The position numbers were made by a program, and so were the translations under genes. Below are positions 1-13,027 of a stretch of 64,000 bases of DNA, one piece after another. Each line of letters begins with the position of its first letter. Position 1 is the first letter of the stretch. A model generated the notes under the pieces. It did no database searches. It was not told the origin of the DNA and was given only the letters and a program-made list of their open reading frames with translations. Origin of the DNA: Octopus vulgaris (Eukaryota). Location of the stretch: NCBI GenBank assembly GCA_951406725.2, contig OX597826.1, positions 70,184,001 through 70,248,000 of the forward strand. Direction: 5' to 3'.

Positions 1-132
1 TCTTCTTCTTTGTCGTTCTTCTTCTTTTCTTCTTCTTCTTCTTCTTCTTCTTCTTCTTCTTCTTCCTTCTTCTTCTTCTTCTTCTTCTTCTTCTTCTTCT
101 TCTTCTTCTTCTTCTTCTTCTTCTTCTTCTTC
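1..132. repeat. (TTC)n microsatellite
   Basis: Directly visible tandem TTC run, open at the window start. Confidence 0.97.
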
Positions 133-464
133 TCCCGTCTTCTTTCGTCATCATCATCATCATAATCCTCATCATCTTGATCGTTGTTGTCATTATTGCC
201 ATTTTAATTTGATGCAGAAGTGTCAGCTTCCTTCAAGATGTCGGGTGGCGATGATAATTGTTGGGTGGCGTTGAGTAGGTGGGTGTATGCGTTGGCTGGT
301 GGGGGGTCGGTGGACAAAACTAGCCGTGTATTCGACAATATTATATTAAGGTTGTATGGCAGTTTTTATGTATGGGTGTCTTCGTATATGATTATAAGTG
401 AATAGACACATATATTTCCATACATATGTGCACGTGTGTGTGTGTGAGTATATCCTTCCACTGG

Positions 465-830
465 TTTCTGTCGTTAGACTGCGGCCATGCTGGTGCACCG
501 CCTTGAATTTTTAGACGAATGAATCGACCCCTGTACATACCTTATTTTTTAAAACCTGGTACCTCTATTGTTCTCTTTGGCCGAACCGCTATGTTATGCA
601 TACATAAACACACTAACGCTAGTTGTCGATTGGTGATGAGGGACAAACGCACGCACAAACACACACACATACACACACAACGAGCTTCTTTCAGTTTCCT
701 CCTATCAAATCCACTCACAATGCTTTGGTCGACCCCAAGCTATATTAGAAGATACTTGCCCAAGGTGCCTTGCAGTGGGACTGAACCCGGAACCATGTGG
801 TTGGGAAGCAAACTTCTTATCATGCAGGCA
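465..830 (-). mobile_element. tRNA-derived SINE family B, diverged near-full-length copy
   Basis: Reverse complement matches the copies at 24791 and 62088: B box GGTTCAGTCCC, body ggcaccttgggcaagt, tail ggcggtgcaccagcatggccgcagtc. Confidence 0.85.
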
Positions 831-1124
831 CAACTAACGTATATACATGTATATATGTGTATGTATATATATATCTTAGCTTAGATTTTTAGGACTAGCC
901 AGATTTGAAGAGTCTCAAGTGTAACTGGCCGAAACTGTAAGGATAATTTGGAAACTTGACGGATGAGAGAAGACTGCGAATGACCCGTCCTTGTTTTTTC
1001 CTGTCCGTCTTTGTATCGTTTATTTGTTCGGTCGTTTTATTGTCGTCTGTTGCGTTCTTGTTCCATTTTTCCGATTTATATATATTAAACGATACTAAGC
1101 CCAACTACACACATACATAAACAA

Positions 1125-1164
<40 letters not shown>

Positions 1165-1204
1165 CTGCGCGTACGCACATACACACACATACCTCCTTCT
1201 CTTG

Positions 1205-1419
1205 CACGGTCATTTCAATATGTGACCGCGAGTGTATCGTTGGCGATTTTCTTTCTCCGTCTTCCTTTCTTTGGACTTTTTCTATATTTCCGATGAAGAG
1301 CACCGCTCGAAACGTGAAATACTCTTTCTTTTCTTTCCTTCCTGAGCGTCCAATAACACTGTACTTATTCCACGTACTCGCGTTGTTGTTTTTTCTTGCT
1401 TGTTCATGTTTGGATTGAC

Positions 1420-1424
<5 letters not shown>
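1205..1424 (+). mobile_element. Short hammerhead-bearing element (Penelope-like/retrozyme-like), copy 1
   Basis: Homologous to 29822-29998(-) over atgtgacc..gttggcgatttt..ctgagcgtccaataa..ttccacgt.ctcgcgttgttg. Its 3' end abuts (TA)n. Confidence 0.7.
1285..1321 (+). ncRNA. Minimal type I hammerhead ribozyme-like motif (probably inactive, GUG triplet)
   Basis: tattt-CCGATGA-a-gagc(acc)gctc-GAAAC-gtg-aaata: 5-bp helix I and 4-bp helix II. U4C core variant, H17=G. Confidence 0.6.

Positions 1425-1490
<66 letters not shown>
1425..1490. repeat. (TA)n microsatellite, one of dozens in the window
   Basis: Directly visible. Confidence 0.97.
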
Positions 1491-1493
<3 letters not shown>

Positions 1494-1611
1494 GTATTTT
1501 GTAAAATAGCAAACCACTCGATGCCTCTAAGTCTACTTATAAAACACTCGCGTGCGCGGACATGATATATATATGCCCGTGAGGAGGGATAGATTCGTTT
1601 ATTTGTGTGTG

Positions 1612-1669
<58 letters not shown>

Positions 1670-1778
1670 TGTACGTGTCTGCATGTAGTGAAAATAAGGA
1701 ACCTTAACCACCGCGACACACCCTCATTCTTGTAGCCTTGATATCACTGTGCTTTGCAGTTGTGGCTGTTGTTATTAC

Positions 1779-1841
<63 letters not shown>

Positions 1842-2258
1842 ACGTGTGCAATGATTGAATATCATATATCTGAATTATATATCCATGTTGTATAAATAAG
1901 ATTAAGGAGCGCAAGAAATGTTAGTTTGCCGCTGTAATAACAATTAAATTACATCCCTAAAAATTAGCAGTGGCATTTGATTCCACCCGCACCCCACCCC
2001 ACCCCTTACGTTCTGAATTCAAACCCACTTTTGTTATCATTAAAAGTAAATATCAGTTATAAGCTTAGCTTTATTTTACGAGCTCTCCCGCTTCGCAGGA
2101 AATTTATGGCCATTGTAACAAAGACAGAAATCTAGTTTGGTATCTCTATATCGTGTGCAAGTCTTAATATGAATTGGTGTGTTGACACAAATATTTCTTG
2201 TATATTTGAGAGGGTCATAATGTCAATGATAAACATGCACTTGTCCTATTTCACTTCT

Positions 2259-2849
2259 TTTTATTATTATTCAGTAGTTTTATTTTTATTTTTATAGCGT
2301 GCTTTCACTTCACTACTGAGCGCAGTTCTGTGTGCCTTGGGTATGTGCTGTGATTTGTTGTGATGCTCTGATGGTTATTGTATGGAAAGTGTTCTGCGTA
2401 GGATGTGTGCAGTGCCTAGTAGTGCAATTTTCTGTATGTTATATGTGTTTGTAAGTCCTGGTGTTTTTGTTATGTATTTGTCTGAATATTTTTTTATCAT
2501 GCCTAATGCACCTACTATGATAGGAATTGTTTCTGTTTTCAGATTCCACATTCTAGTTACCTCTATTTCCAGGTCTTTGTATTTTGAGAGTTTCTCCATT
2601 TGTTTTAGAGACACGTTGTCATCTGCCGGTACTGATACATCAATTAGAAAGCATTTTTTTTCTTCATGGTCTCTGACAACTATATCTGGTCTGTTGGCCT
2701 TAATTTCTCTATCTGTGTGTATCGGCATATCCCAGAGTATGGTTGCTTTCTCGTTTTCTGTGACCTTTTCTGGTGTGTGCCTATACCATCTTTTTTCTGT
2801 TGTTATTCCACAATGTTGGCATAGCTTCCAATGTATGTAGGTTCCAACT
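2259..2849 (-). mobile_element. 5'-truncated non-LTR retrotransposon, R4/Dong-type, C-terminal restriction-like endonuclease plus 3' UTR
   Basis: ORF 2375-2860(-) contains ILWDMPIHTDREIKANRPDIVV..CFLIDVSVP..EKLSKYKDL..PIIVGALG..IQKIALLGTAHILR, the RPD..D..K..KY RLE signature. The 3' UTR ends in TAATAATAA and the 5' side abuts (TAA)n. Confidence 0.88.
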
Positions 2850-2894
2850 CCTACATACATTGGAAGCTATGCCAACATTATGGAATAACAACAG

Positions 2895-2895
<1 letters not shown>
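2796..2895. repeat. 46-bp inverted repeat (hairpin) at the 5' truncation of the R4/Dong element
   Basis: Arms 2796-2841 and 2850-2895, one mismatch, 8-nt loop ttccaact. Confidence 0.95.

Positions 2896-2973
<78 letters not shown>
2895..2973. repeat. (ATT)n microsatellite
   Basis: Directly visible. Confidence 0.97.
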
Positions 2974-2974
<1 letters not shown>

Positions 2975-2975
<1 letters not shown>

Positions 2976-3279
2976 GGCGCAGGAGTGGCTGTGTGGTAAG
3001 TAGCTTGCTTACCAACCACATGGTTCTTGGGCAAGTGTCTTCTGCTATAGCCTCGGGCTGACCAAATCTTTTTGAGTGGATTTGGTAGGCGGAAACTGAA
3101 AGAAACCCGTCGTATATATGTATATGTATATATATATGTGTGTGTGTCATGGAGAAAAGAAGCCCGTCGTATATATGTGTGTGTGTGTGTGGTCAGCCCG
3201 AGGCTATAGCAGAAGACACTTGGCGAAGAACCATGTGGCTGGTAAGCAAGCTACTTACCACACAGCTACTCCTGCGCCT
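2975..3279. mobile_element. SINE family B 5' part with inverted duplication of its first 90 bp
   Basis: 2975-3064(+) and 3190-3279(-) match at 86/90 positions and share the same B-box deletion. Confidence 0.88.
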
Positions 3280-3710
3280 TATTATTCTATTACAGTTGTC
3301 ATCGCTACTTCTGTAACTTTGGTGTTTTTTCTTGACGGGGATGTTAGTCCTATGCAAACCCATTTTTTTAAAAACTTGATATACTGTATAACAAAACTAG
3401 CCGTTTGAATTCCAAGTGCGGTTCATCCAGCGAGCTTCTCTATACAATTTTTGTTTTTCTCAATTTAACATGCATATATGCGTACGTAAGGTAGTTTTTA
3501 TCTTTAGGAAGATGTGGTTTGTATTAGTCCAGTCTCTGTTCTTTGGCCTGTCCAGCACGGAAGGCCCTATTAGGAGCTTGCACCCCGCTGACACAACTCT
3601 CAGTGTCATGGAGGTATACAAGCTACCGTACTGCAACAATGAGTTGAGCCTAGGGTGGTAGTTTACAGACAAACAAAAGGAGTTGTAAACCTCTTTGGCT
3701 GCGTATAATC

Positions 3711-4122
3711 CTTTCTACCATAGGTACAAGGCCTGAAATTTTGTGAGATGAAGCGAGTCGATTACATCGACCTCAGTACTCAACTGATACTTATTTCACC
3801 GACTCCGAAGGGATGAAAGGCAAAGTCAACCCTGACAAAATTTGAACTCTGAACATAAAGACAGGCGAAATGCCGCTAAGCATTTTGCCCAGTGTGCTAA
3901 CGATTCTGCCAGCTCGCCGCCTTAATTCTGGACTACGTAATCCTTTCTATATAAGCATACGACTTGAACTTGATCCCCAGTGCACAACTGGTACTTATTT
4001 CATCGACCCCAAAAGAATGAAAGGCACAGTCGATCTCGGTGGAATTTGAACTCAGAACATAAAGACAGACTAATTGCTGCTAAGCCATTTTTGCAGCGTG
4101 CTAACGATTCGGCCACCGCACC
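3711..4122 (-). mobile_element. Two head-to-tail SINE family A copies
   Basis: Both carry ggatgaaaggcaaagtc..aatttgaactc and the ctgccagctcgccgcc-type head on the minus strand. Confidence 0.85.
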
Positions 4123-4284
4123 GCATTTGACTGCATACAATAGGTGTGTTCTAAGATGGACATAGGAACTTTCTCTATTTGCTGTTGAATCAGCCAGTCA
4201 AAAGTCGAACGTGCATGTTTCGGTATTATGGCTGCTTTTTTGAATTCGTTAATTTTTCGAGCCCAATATGAAGTAGTAGTAGTA

Positions 4285-4506
4285 GTAGCAGCAGCAACAG
4301 CAGCCGTCCAAGAATTTGGACCTGGAGATCTCCATTTCCAGCGACTTCAAGAGCCACCTCCCAGGGGTGTCGGGCGTCAACGAAGAACCCTCGATTACAA
4401 CAAGACGACCAAATTTTTTTTTCCAAGGTCTGGGGTCTCCCGCCCCTAAGCCCTAGGCCATCACCTAATCACCCTTACCCGTCTTGTTGCTTAACAACAA
4501 CAACAA
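4285..4506 (+). repeat. Dispersed ~200-bp element bounded by CAG and AAC tracts, copy 1
   Basis: Reverse-complement homolog at 44556-44765 with an identical gtagcagcagcaacagcagccgtccaagaatttggacc start. Confidence 0.85.
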
Positions 4507-4519
4507 CAGCAACAGCAGT

Positions 4520-4875
4520 GGAGGCGCAATGGCCCAATGGTTAGTGCAGCGGACTCGCGGTCGGAGGATCGCGGTTTCGATTCCAAGACCGGGCGTTACG
4601 TGTGTTTATTGAGCGAAAACACCTAAAGCTCCACGAGGCTCCGGCAGGGTGTGGTGGTGACCCCTGTTGTACTCTTTTGCCCCAACTTTCTCTCACTCTT
4701 TTTTCCTGTTTCTTGTCCCCGACTTCCTACGCAACCGCTGAGCCTGGATGCGCATTCATCCATCCGTCGATGCTCTCGGTGTCGGGGGTTGCCCTGCTTT
4801 CTCTTCTGCGGGTCTTACGAATAGCAAAGGACCAAGTTTCGGATTTCTCCCACTGGACGAAGACCGCTACGCTCA
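4520..4875 (+). mobile_element. tRNA-derived SINE family C
   Basis: A box TGGCCCAATGG, B box GGTTTCGATTCC. Head and body are shared with 13501-13782(-). Ends in an AAC/AGC tract. Confidence 0.85.
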
Positions 4876-5616
4876 ACAGCAACAGCAGCATAGGTGTTGT
4901 CGTTTGGTGGTGGTAGCGTCGGTACATTTCGGATGCTGGTGATGATGGTCGTCTCATGGTTGTCGCGATATTTGATGTTGTGTCGTGATAACTTGTTTGA
5001 TGGTATGTTGGCATTGTACGGCAGTAATAATGGTATTAGGTGGTGGTGGTGCCGGTGGTATTGATGTTGCTCTTACAAAAAAAGAAGGAAAAAAGCTATA
5101 TAATTAAACAGTGCATATACTTCCATTTAGAAAGCTTAGGGGAAGGGTGGAGGTTAGATGGAGGAACAGAAGCATTTTTTCGAAAAAAAAAATGTGTAGG
5201 TTAGTGTGCCAGGAAAACGATTTTGGCAACATAACGTTTATTGCAACAGATGAAGGTGTTGGCGGTGATTATAATAGAGGCAGTGGCTGCAGTGGTGGTA
5301 GTGGTGATAGTAGTAATAGTGGTAATGGTGGTGGTGGTGGTTGTGGTGGTGGTAATTTGTTCTTGTGGTGGTTTTTAGTCGTGGTTGCCGCTGGCAACTA
5401 CTATGTATTTTTCTTATATATATTTTTTTTTTTTTGGGGGGGGGGGTTATAGTTTTTTTTTTTTAGTTTTTTTTTTTTTTTGTATTTTCTGGTCGTGATG
5501 GTGTCTTATTAATGTTACATTTTAAAATGTGAGACATAATCAACTGAAACTACTAATTACGGTTAAAAACTCACCTCTGTCTGTCTGTCTATCACTTTCT
5601 CTCATTATTTCTGTCA

Positions 5617-5651
<35 letters not shown>

Positions 5652-5988
5652 TCATATAGTTGATGACGATGATGATGATGATGATGACGACGACGATGAT
5701 GTTTAAATGCTTTCCATCAGGAAAGTTCATTTAAGCAGATGACTTTTTTTTTCTTTTGGTTTTTTTTTTTTTTTTGGTCTTTTTTGCTTGACGAGGATGA
5801 AACTAACATCTGTTTGTTGTTGTTCAGAAGAATCACTCTACCTCGCAGCTTGGTCCCTGTAGGCTGTTTGGCCGTTTATTGTCAGAAATGGGGACAGACG
5901 TCGTCTCTGTACATCAAATAATTCCCTTTGAGATGTACAGATATCAACACGTGAGTTTACATATGTTGGAAAGAAATGTGGAAAATAA

Positions 5989-6037
<49 letters not shown>

Positions 6038-6038
<1 letters not shown>

Positions 6039-6391
6039 GAGTGGCTGTGTGGTAAGTGACTTGCTAACCAACAATATTGTTCCGGGTTCAGTCCCACTGC
6101 GTGGCATCTTGGGCAAGTGTCTTCTGCTATAGCTCCGAACGTAACGGCAGGCGAAATACCTGTTTCTTTACTACCCACAAGGGGTTAAGCACAGAGAGGA
6201 CAAACAAGGACAGACAAACGGATTAAGTCGATTATATCGACCCCAGTGCGTAACTGGTACTTGTTTAATCGACCCCGAAAGGATGAAAGGCAAAGTCGAC
6301 CCCGGCGGAATTTGAACTCAGAACATAAAGACAGCCGAAATACCGCTAAGCATTTCGCCGGACATGCTAACGTTTCTGCCAGCTCGCCGCC
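6038..6391. mobile_element. SINE B head (+) fused to a SINE A partial dimer (-)
   Basis: gagtggctgtgtggtaag..ctatagc switches at ~6136 to gaacgtaacggcaggcgaaata, followed by a full A copy ending gctcgccgcc at 6391. Confidence 0.85.
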
Positions 6392-6985
6392 TTCCACCCT
6401 CCTATAACTTGTAGTATTGTCAATAGAGTTTGCCTCATATTCTAATGGATTCTGCAATTGCAGTTACAGCCTGTATATAAACTGTATATACAGAAACAAC
6501 CCTCCGTGTCCCCCACCCCCAACAGAAAATTTGGATTGATGTGATTTCCAGTTGGCATCAAAGACGAACATTATTTCCCCCCTCGGACCGATTGACTCAA
6601 CCGATTGACTTGGAAAATAATGTCAGTCAACACTTCAGCCCAGGAGAATAACGAACAGTAGACTTCCTTTACAAATGAAAATTAATCTCGGATTGCTTGC
6701 TAATCGTACATCGTCTTAGCACTCTTTTAATGTCTTATGCTTGTGGCTTTCAGAAGATACCACCAACTAATTTATCCCAAGTAATGAAAATACAGTTTAC
6801 CAACGGCCAATAAGTACATGCCTTTTAAGTCGTACGCGGCTTAAGCTTCGCTTGTGGTGAACGTCCAAACAAACATGCGTTTTACTTGTGCATATAGTTC
6901 AGAGTAATAGACGTTTGCATCAAGAACTGTTATATATACACACACACACGCACAAGATTATAATATTAATGACATTGTATATATC

Positions 6986-7768
6986 TATTTCTTTACTACC
7001 TACAAGGGGCTAAACACAGAGAGGACAAACAAGGACAGACAAACGGATTAAGTCGATTACATCGACCCCAGTGCGTAACTGGTATTTACTTAATCGACCC
7101 CAAAAGGATGAAAGGCAAAGTCGACATCGGCGGAATTTGAACTCAGAACGTAGCGGCAGACGAAATACATATTTCTTTACTACCCACAAGGGGCTAAACA
7201 CAGAGGGGACAAACAAGGACAGACAAACGGATTAAGTCGATTACATCGACCCCAGTGCGTAACTGGTATTTACTTAATCGACCCCAAAAGGATGAAAGGC
7301 AAAGTCGACATCGGCGAAATTTTAACTCAGAACGTAGCGGCAGACGAAATACATATTTCTTTACTACCCACAAGGGGCTAAACACAGAGGGGACAAACAA
7401 GGACAGACAAACGGTTTAAGTCCATTATACTGACCCCAGAGCGTAACTGGTAGTTATTTAAGCGACCCCGAAAGGATGAAAGGCAAAGTCGATCTCGGCG
7501 GAATTTGAACTCAGAACGTAGCGGCAGACGAAATACATATTTCTTTACTAGCCACAAGGGGCTAAACACAGAGGGGACAAACAAGGAGAGACAAAAGGAT
7601 TAAGTCGATTACATCGACCCCAGTGCGTAACTGGTACTTAATTTATTGACCCCGAAAGGATGAAAGGCAAAGTCGACCTCGGCGGAATTTGAACTCAGAA
7701 CGTAACGACAGACGAAATACGGCTACGCATTTCGCCCGGCGTGCAAACGTTTCTGCCAGCTCACCGCC
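6986..7768 (-). mobile_element. SINE family A tetramer (184-bp period) inside one 16-bp TSD
   Basis: Units start at 6986, 7170, 7354 and 7538, and only the rightmost has the head. Direct repeat atgacattgtatatat at 6969-6984 and 7771-7786. Confidence 0.93.
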
Positions 7769-8049
7769 TTATGACATTGTATATATATCGTCAGACACAA
7801 TACCTATGATGGTCCACAAGTTACATCTCTCTACGCATCATTCTCCTTTCTCTCTACATATATGTATGTGTGTGTGTGTTGATGATCTTGCTGAGTTGTT
7901 GTAGCTGTTGTTGTATAATGAATGTGTGGCGGTGAGAGGTGAACTTTGAAAGTCGACTCTTATCTTGTATTCTTTTCAAATAACGCCGCGAACTTCATCA
8001 TTTTTCTTTTCTTCTTTCTCAGTCTGATGTGTGTGTGTGTGTGTGTGTG

Positions 8050-8089
<40 letters not shown>

Positions 8090-8392
8090 TTGTGTGTGTT
8101 GTAATTTGCTGTAAACCTATATAAAAAAATGTTTTTCAACGAAAAGTGTTGTGCTTTTAATGCTTAACATAATTTAATCTTCCAATTTTACTTTCTCTCT
8201 CTCTCTCTTTTTCCTTTACCCCTCTCTTTCTTCCTTCCTTTCTCTCTCTCTCTCACACACACACACATACACACACACACATACATACACTCTTGCTCTC
8301 TTTTCCTCCGGTTCTCGGTATCTCTTAGTCTTCATTTTCCTTTCTCTCTTTCGGCATATGTATTACTTCCTCTTTCTTTGTGTCTGTCTGTT

Positions 8393-8394
<2 letters not shown>

Positions 8395-8466
<72 letters not shown>
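8395..8466. repeat. (TC)n microsatellite
   Basis: Directly visible. Confidence 0.97.
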
Positions 8467-8475
<9 letters not shown>

Positions 8476-8787
8476 CAATTTTCTCACTGTTTTGAGACCC
8501 AGTGTAACAAATCAAATGATATATTAGATCAGTCTTCCTGCGAACATTTCACCTGGAAAAGACAGTCGAAGGTGGGAGTGGAACAACCAAGTAGTGTTCC
8601 ACTGCACTTAAGAAGGCGAAAGCGACCCCTTTAAGAAAGCTTATGGTAAAAAAAAAAAAATGTCTACCGAGATAATTCCTATTGCAGCTTCCGGAAAAAG
8701 TATATTCCATATGTTGATATCCGAGTACAGGAAACGCCTGTCTAAAGTATGAATGTGTCGTAGTATCTGGTGTCGAAACCGAGTGTG

Positions 8788-8883
<96 letters not shown>

Positions 8884-9027
8884 TTGATAGATAGATAGAT
8901 ATTGATAGATAGATAGATATTGATAGATAGATAGATACACATACATACTTTAATGGAAATTCGTATTCTAAAGCCAGCATTGATCACCGTTACGCAATGA
9001 ATACGAACCAACGAAGGAAGCATCTAT

Positions 9028-9245
9028 GCGGTCGATCAAACGCTTATAAATAGCAGCTTATGCCTTCCTCTCAAATATCGCCACACTGGTTTTAGCGTTT
9101 GAGAAAAAAAGACGGGTGGCCATATTGGATAGCTCAGCCTGAAATAAATTACGTTTGTACAGATGAGACGGTCACGGCTACGATATCTTTGATTACAGAA
9201 CTGCTTGTCGGAGTTGACCCGGCTTTAAACAATAACAACAACAAC
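9028..9245 (+). repeat. Old degenerate dispersed repeat (SINE-tail-like)
   Basis: The motif (ct)agaaatagcagccaaatc..ctcaaat recurs in degraded form at ~23745, 25855, 43805 and 46140, and on the minus strand at ~25220, 26600 and 61990. Confidence 0.5.
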
Positions 9246-9795
9246 AGCAGCAGTAGTTCAACAAATGCTTTATTAAATGATTAAAAGACGTGATTATTGT
9301 AATTAAACATGAATATTATGAACTTATCAAACACTTCGGGTATGGTATACAAGAATTTACCTGCCACGCAATGCAAACGTATGATCTGTATAGTTAACAG
9401 TTGATACTACAAATACCAGACAAACATCTCTCAGAGCATCCATACTTACATCTGTGGTGGATCTTGCTTTGTGATACACGCTGACCTTGAATGAGATTCT
9501 GGCCTTTCCTTAAGCGAGCTTGTCACACACCACTACCATAATAATAATAATTATAATAATAATGATAATAATAATAATAATCACTTTCATCGTCATAATT
9601 ATGATCATCATCAGCGCCATCATCACCACCGTCATCATCACCATCATCATCATCATCACTTGTGGATTTTGGCTCATAGGTCAAGGTGACCTCGACCTTG
9701 CTCTAGTGACCAGATGACTACCGACCGCTTCGGTCCCAGCCTCACTATGACTTTAGTGATTAGTTGATCTCGACTCTCATAACCATACTCTCACT

Positions 9796-9828
<33 letters not shown>

Positions 9829-9926
9829 GGATTGAACCTGCCAGTACGTAGTCGCGAAGCGAACTTCTTAACCACACAACCGTACCTGAGAGCGTGCGTA
9901 AGTGTGCATGTGTGAGTGTGTGCATA

Positions 9927-10159
9927 TATATTTCTTTATTGCCCACAAGGGGCTAAACATAGAGGGGACAAACAAGGATAGACAAACGAATTAAGTCAAT
10001 TTCATCGACCCCAGTGCGTAACTGGTACTTATTTAATCGACCCCGAAAGGATGAAAGGCAAAGTCGACCTCGGCGGAGTTTGAACTCAGAACGTAACGGC
10101 AGACGAAATACCGCTAAGCATTTCGCCCGGCGCGCTAACGTTTCTGCCAGCTCGCCGCC
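9927..10159 (-). mobile_element. SINE family A, full-length monomer
   Basis: Complete head-body-tail. Flanking repeat gtgtgtgcatatat at 9916-9929 and 10164-10177. Confidence 0.92.
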
Positions 10160-10639
10160 TTGTGTGTGTGCATATATGCATATACACAGCTGTGTGTGCG
10201 TGTGTGTGTGTGTAGACACACGAGCATGCGCAGACTATGTTCCCCATACAGACCCGCACACAAAACACAGCCGTACAGAGGCGAACCTATGCTTGCATAT
10301 TTTATGTGTTCAGATACACACATATCCATCTACAGATGCATTTACAACAAAGACAGAAACGCACACATACACACGCACACACACACACATGCACACACAT
10401 GCACACACCCACACATGCACACACACATGCACACACGCACGCACACACACACACACACATGCACACACACACACATGCACCCACCCACACACACACACAC
10501 GCACACACACACACACATGCACACACACGCGCGCGGATAGAGTGAAAAGACTTTTGCAGCATTCAACATCAGCTGGGTGCAGCTGTTTGCCAGCTGCACT
10601 CGATCATGCAGTATATTGCATCCACACAACTAACTGCAT

Positions 10640-10832
10640 GTCATCACCCACCACCACCACCACAACAACAACAACAACAACAACAACAGCAGCAGCAGCA
10701 ACATCCCACAGCAGTATCGCCAACCATTTATCATCATTTTGATCATCTTCATTTATCATCGTTTCAATCATCATCATCGTCATCACCATCACCATCATCA
10801 TATTTTTTTTTATTATCGTAATCGCAATCGTT

Positions 10833-10867
<35 letters not shown>

Positions 10868-11015
10868 AATCACCACCATCATCATCATCATCATATTCAC
10901 CATCATCATCATCACCATCATCATTATCATCATCATCATCATCACCATCATCATTATCATCATCATCCTTCATCATCATCATCATCATCACCATCATCAT
11001 CCATCATCATCATCC

Positions 11016-11051
<36 letters not shown>

Positions 11052-11262
11052 GTCGTCGTCGTCCATCATCATCATCGTCATCATCATCATCGTCATCATC
11101 ACCAGAGATCATCATCATCACCATCGTCATCGAAATTATCAGTCATCGTCATTATCATAATCACATCATCATCCCCCCCTCATCTTAATTGCCCTCCTCC
11201 TACTTCTCATCATCATCATCATCATCACCACCATCATCATCGTCGTCGCCGTCGTCATCACC
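10640..11262. repeat. Compound (CAC/CAA/CAG/CAT/CGT)n trinucleotide array
   Basis: Directly visible. It is the source of the poly-His, poly-Met and poly-Asp ORFs. Confidence 0.93.
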
Positions 11263-11944
11263 ACACGTTTCACCATCTGCTCTTTACCATACATTCAGAT
11301 GGTGAAACACATAATATTTGATCAATGTCGATGTACATTAGTCTGTACTGTCATCTTATGTATATGTATGCGTATGTATGTATGTATGTATGTATGTATG
11401 TATGTATGTATGTATGTACGTATGTGTGTGTATGTATGTATGAATATGTGTGTATTTATGCCTCTATCTACATTTGTATGTATGCATGCATGCATGTGGG
11501 TGTATGTGTGCATGTATGTATATTTTTATGCATGTATATGTATGTATGCATATGTATGTATATATATTTATATGTATGTATGTATATATGTATGTATACA
11601 TATATGTATAAATGCATGTGTATATATGTGTGTATATATATGTCTGTGTGTATATATATGTATATTTATATGCCTGTGTGTGTATATATGTAAATATATA
11701 TGTATGTATATATATATATGTAAATATATAATGTATGTATATATATATATGTGTGTATGTACGTATGTGTATATATATATATATATTAAGTATATATGAC
11801 ATTACTATTTAGCTCTTGAATACCACCACAAATACCACCATCGGTACTATCGCATATACCATCACCATCACCACTAACACCACCACTAACATTATCCATC
11901 ATAATTGCTCAACTCCATTACAAACCAATACCATGAACGAACAT

Positions 11945-11984
<40 letters not shown>

Positions 11985-12075
11985 GTAACGCCCCAACCAC
12001 CACCAGCACTACGATACCACCATTACCAAGAGCACCACCATCCGCTATAGTATTCAGCATAACCACTTAGCTCTT

Positions 12076-12107
<32 letters not shown>

Positions 12108-12499
12108 TACTACTACTACTACTACTACTACTACTATTACTACTACTATAACCCCGTCGTTAATATTGCGTCACTCCCCTCACGACCACCATCATTACGA
12201 TAACGCTACCATTACTCCGTCACCGCCATCACCACCACCACCACCATCCGGGGCCACCCAATACTATTGCATCATCACCAACCACCCCTCCACTATCACC
12301 ACCACTACCACTACCACCGCTGCCGCTACCATTATACCATTATACAATCAATCAACTGTTCCTGTAATAAAATTCTCCAAGACAACAGAAATGCCATCTC
12401 TATAGAATTCCTGACATATCTCTTTAGAAATCTACAATATTCTCTTTTCCTGTCTTTCCTTCCTTCCTTCCGTCCTTCCTTTTCCTTTCTTTCTTTCTG

Positions 12500-12559
<60 letters not shown>

Positions 12560-12732
12560 CTCCGTAAAGCTCAATTTCCTTCTCCTCCCCCCAACCCGCT
12601 TCCCCCCTTCTGTTTCTTGCTTTCTCTCAAAGAAGCCCAAATAAAATTAGGATTCACTGTATTTCATCTCCAATAGTTCTCGGCTTTGATTTAGTTAGCG
12701 TGCGTGCACACATACACACTCCTGGTTGACGA

Positions 12733-13027
12733 GTGTGTCGTCAACCAGGAGAATTCATCTACGAAGCAATTGCCCCAACTCCCCTTCAGGGTTGGCGAAA
12801 GCGATGTGGTGGACAACGAAAAACCTGGCTGATGACAGTCAAGGCTGATTTGTAACCCAACCTAGGCCCCCATGTCTCCGGCGTTCGCCGCTGGAATAGG
12901 GAGTGGTTGGGGATCACGCGGTCGTTAGCCTCAAATCGCCAGGCCTGGTCGGCGTTTGTGCAGCATTGAGGATGAATGAAGCCAGCTCAACCCACCCCGG
13001 GTGAATGCTGTCTCAAGACGAAGAAGA
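12733..13027 (+). mobile_element. 5'-truncated RTE-clade LINE 3' end (pseudogenic)
   Basis: Manual translation RQPGEFIYEAIAPTPLQGWRKRCGGQRKTWLMTVKADL*..RRWNREWL..LASNRQAWSAFV resembles the RTE C-terminus (W-R-RGGQ-KTW..A-NR-W). GAA-type tail and a 14-bp hairpin at the 5' end. Confidence 0.75.

Noticed and set aside
2382-2840. 152-aa plus-strand ORF
   Set aside because: Antisense shadow of the RLE-encoding frame.
4520-4595. tRNA-like sequences (also 13710-13782, 49593-49665, 61514-61590, 63222-63296)
   Set aside because: A and B boxes are present but there is no proper acceptor stem, and each continues into a shared SINE body. These are SINE heads, not tRNA genes.
7010-7584. Three near-identical 68-aa ORFs (similar peptides at 6185, 9953, 14459, 45337)
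   Set aside because: Incidental reading frames of SINE family A.
6986-7768. Regularly spaced repeats suggestive of a CRISPR array
   Set aside because: Whole 184-bp units are repeated with no unique spacers. They are SINE-derived, in a eukaryotic context with no cas genes.
9677-9700. AGGTCA/TGACCT nuclear-receptor-like half-sites in a small hairpin
   Set aside because: Too short to distinguish from chance or from a repeat remnant.
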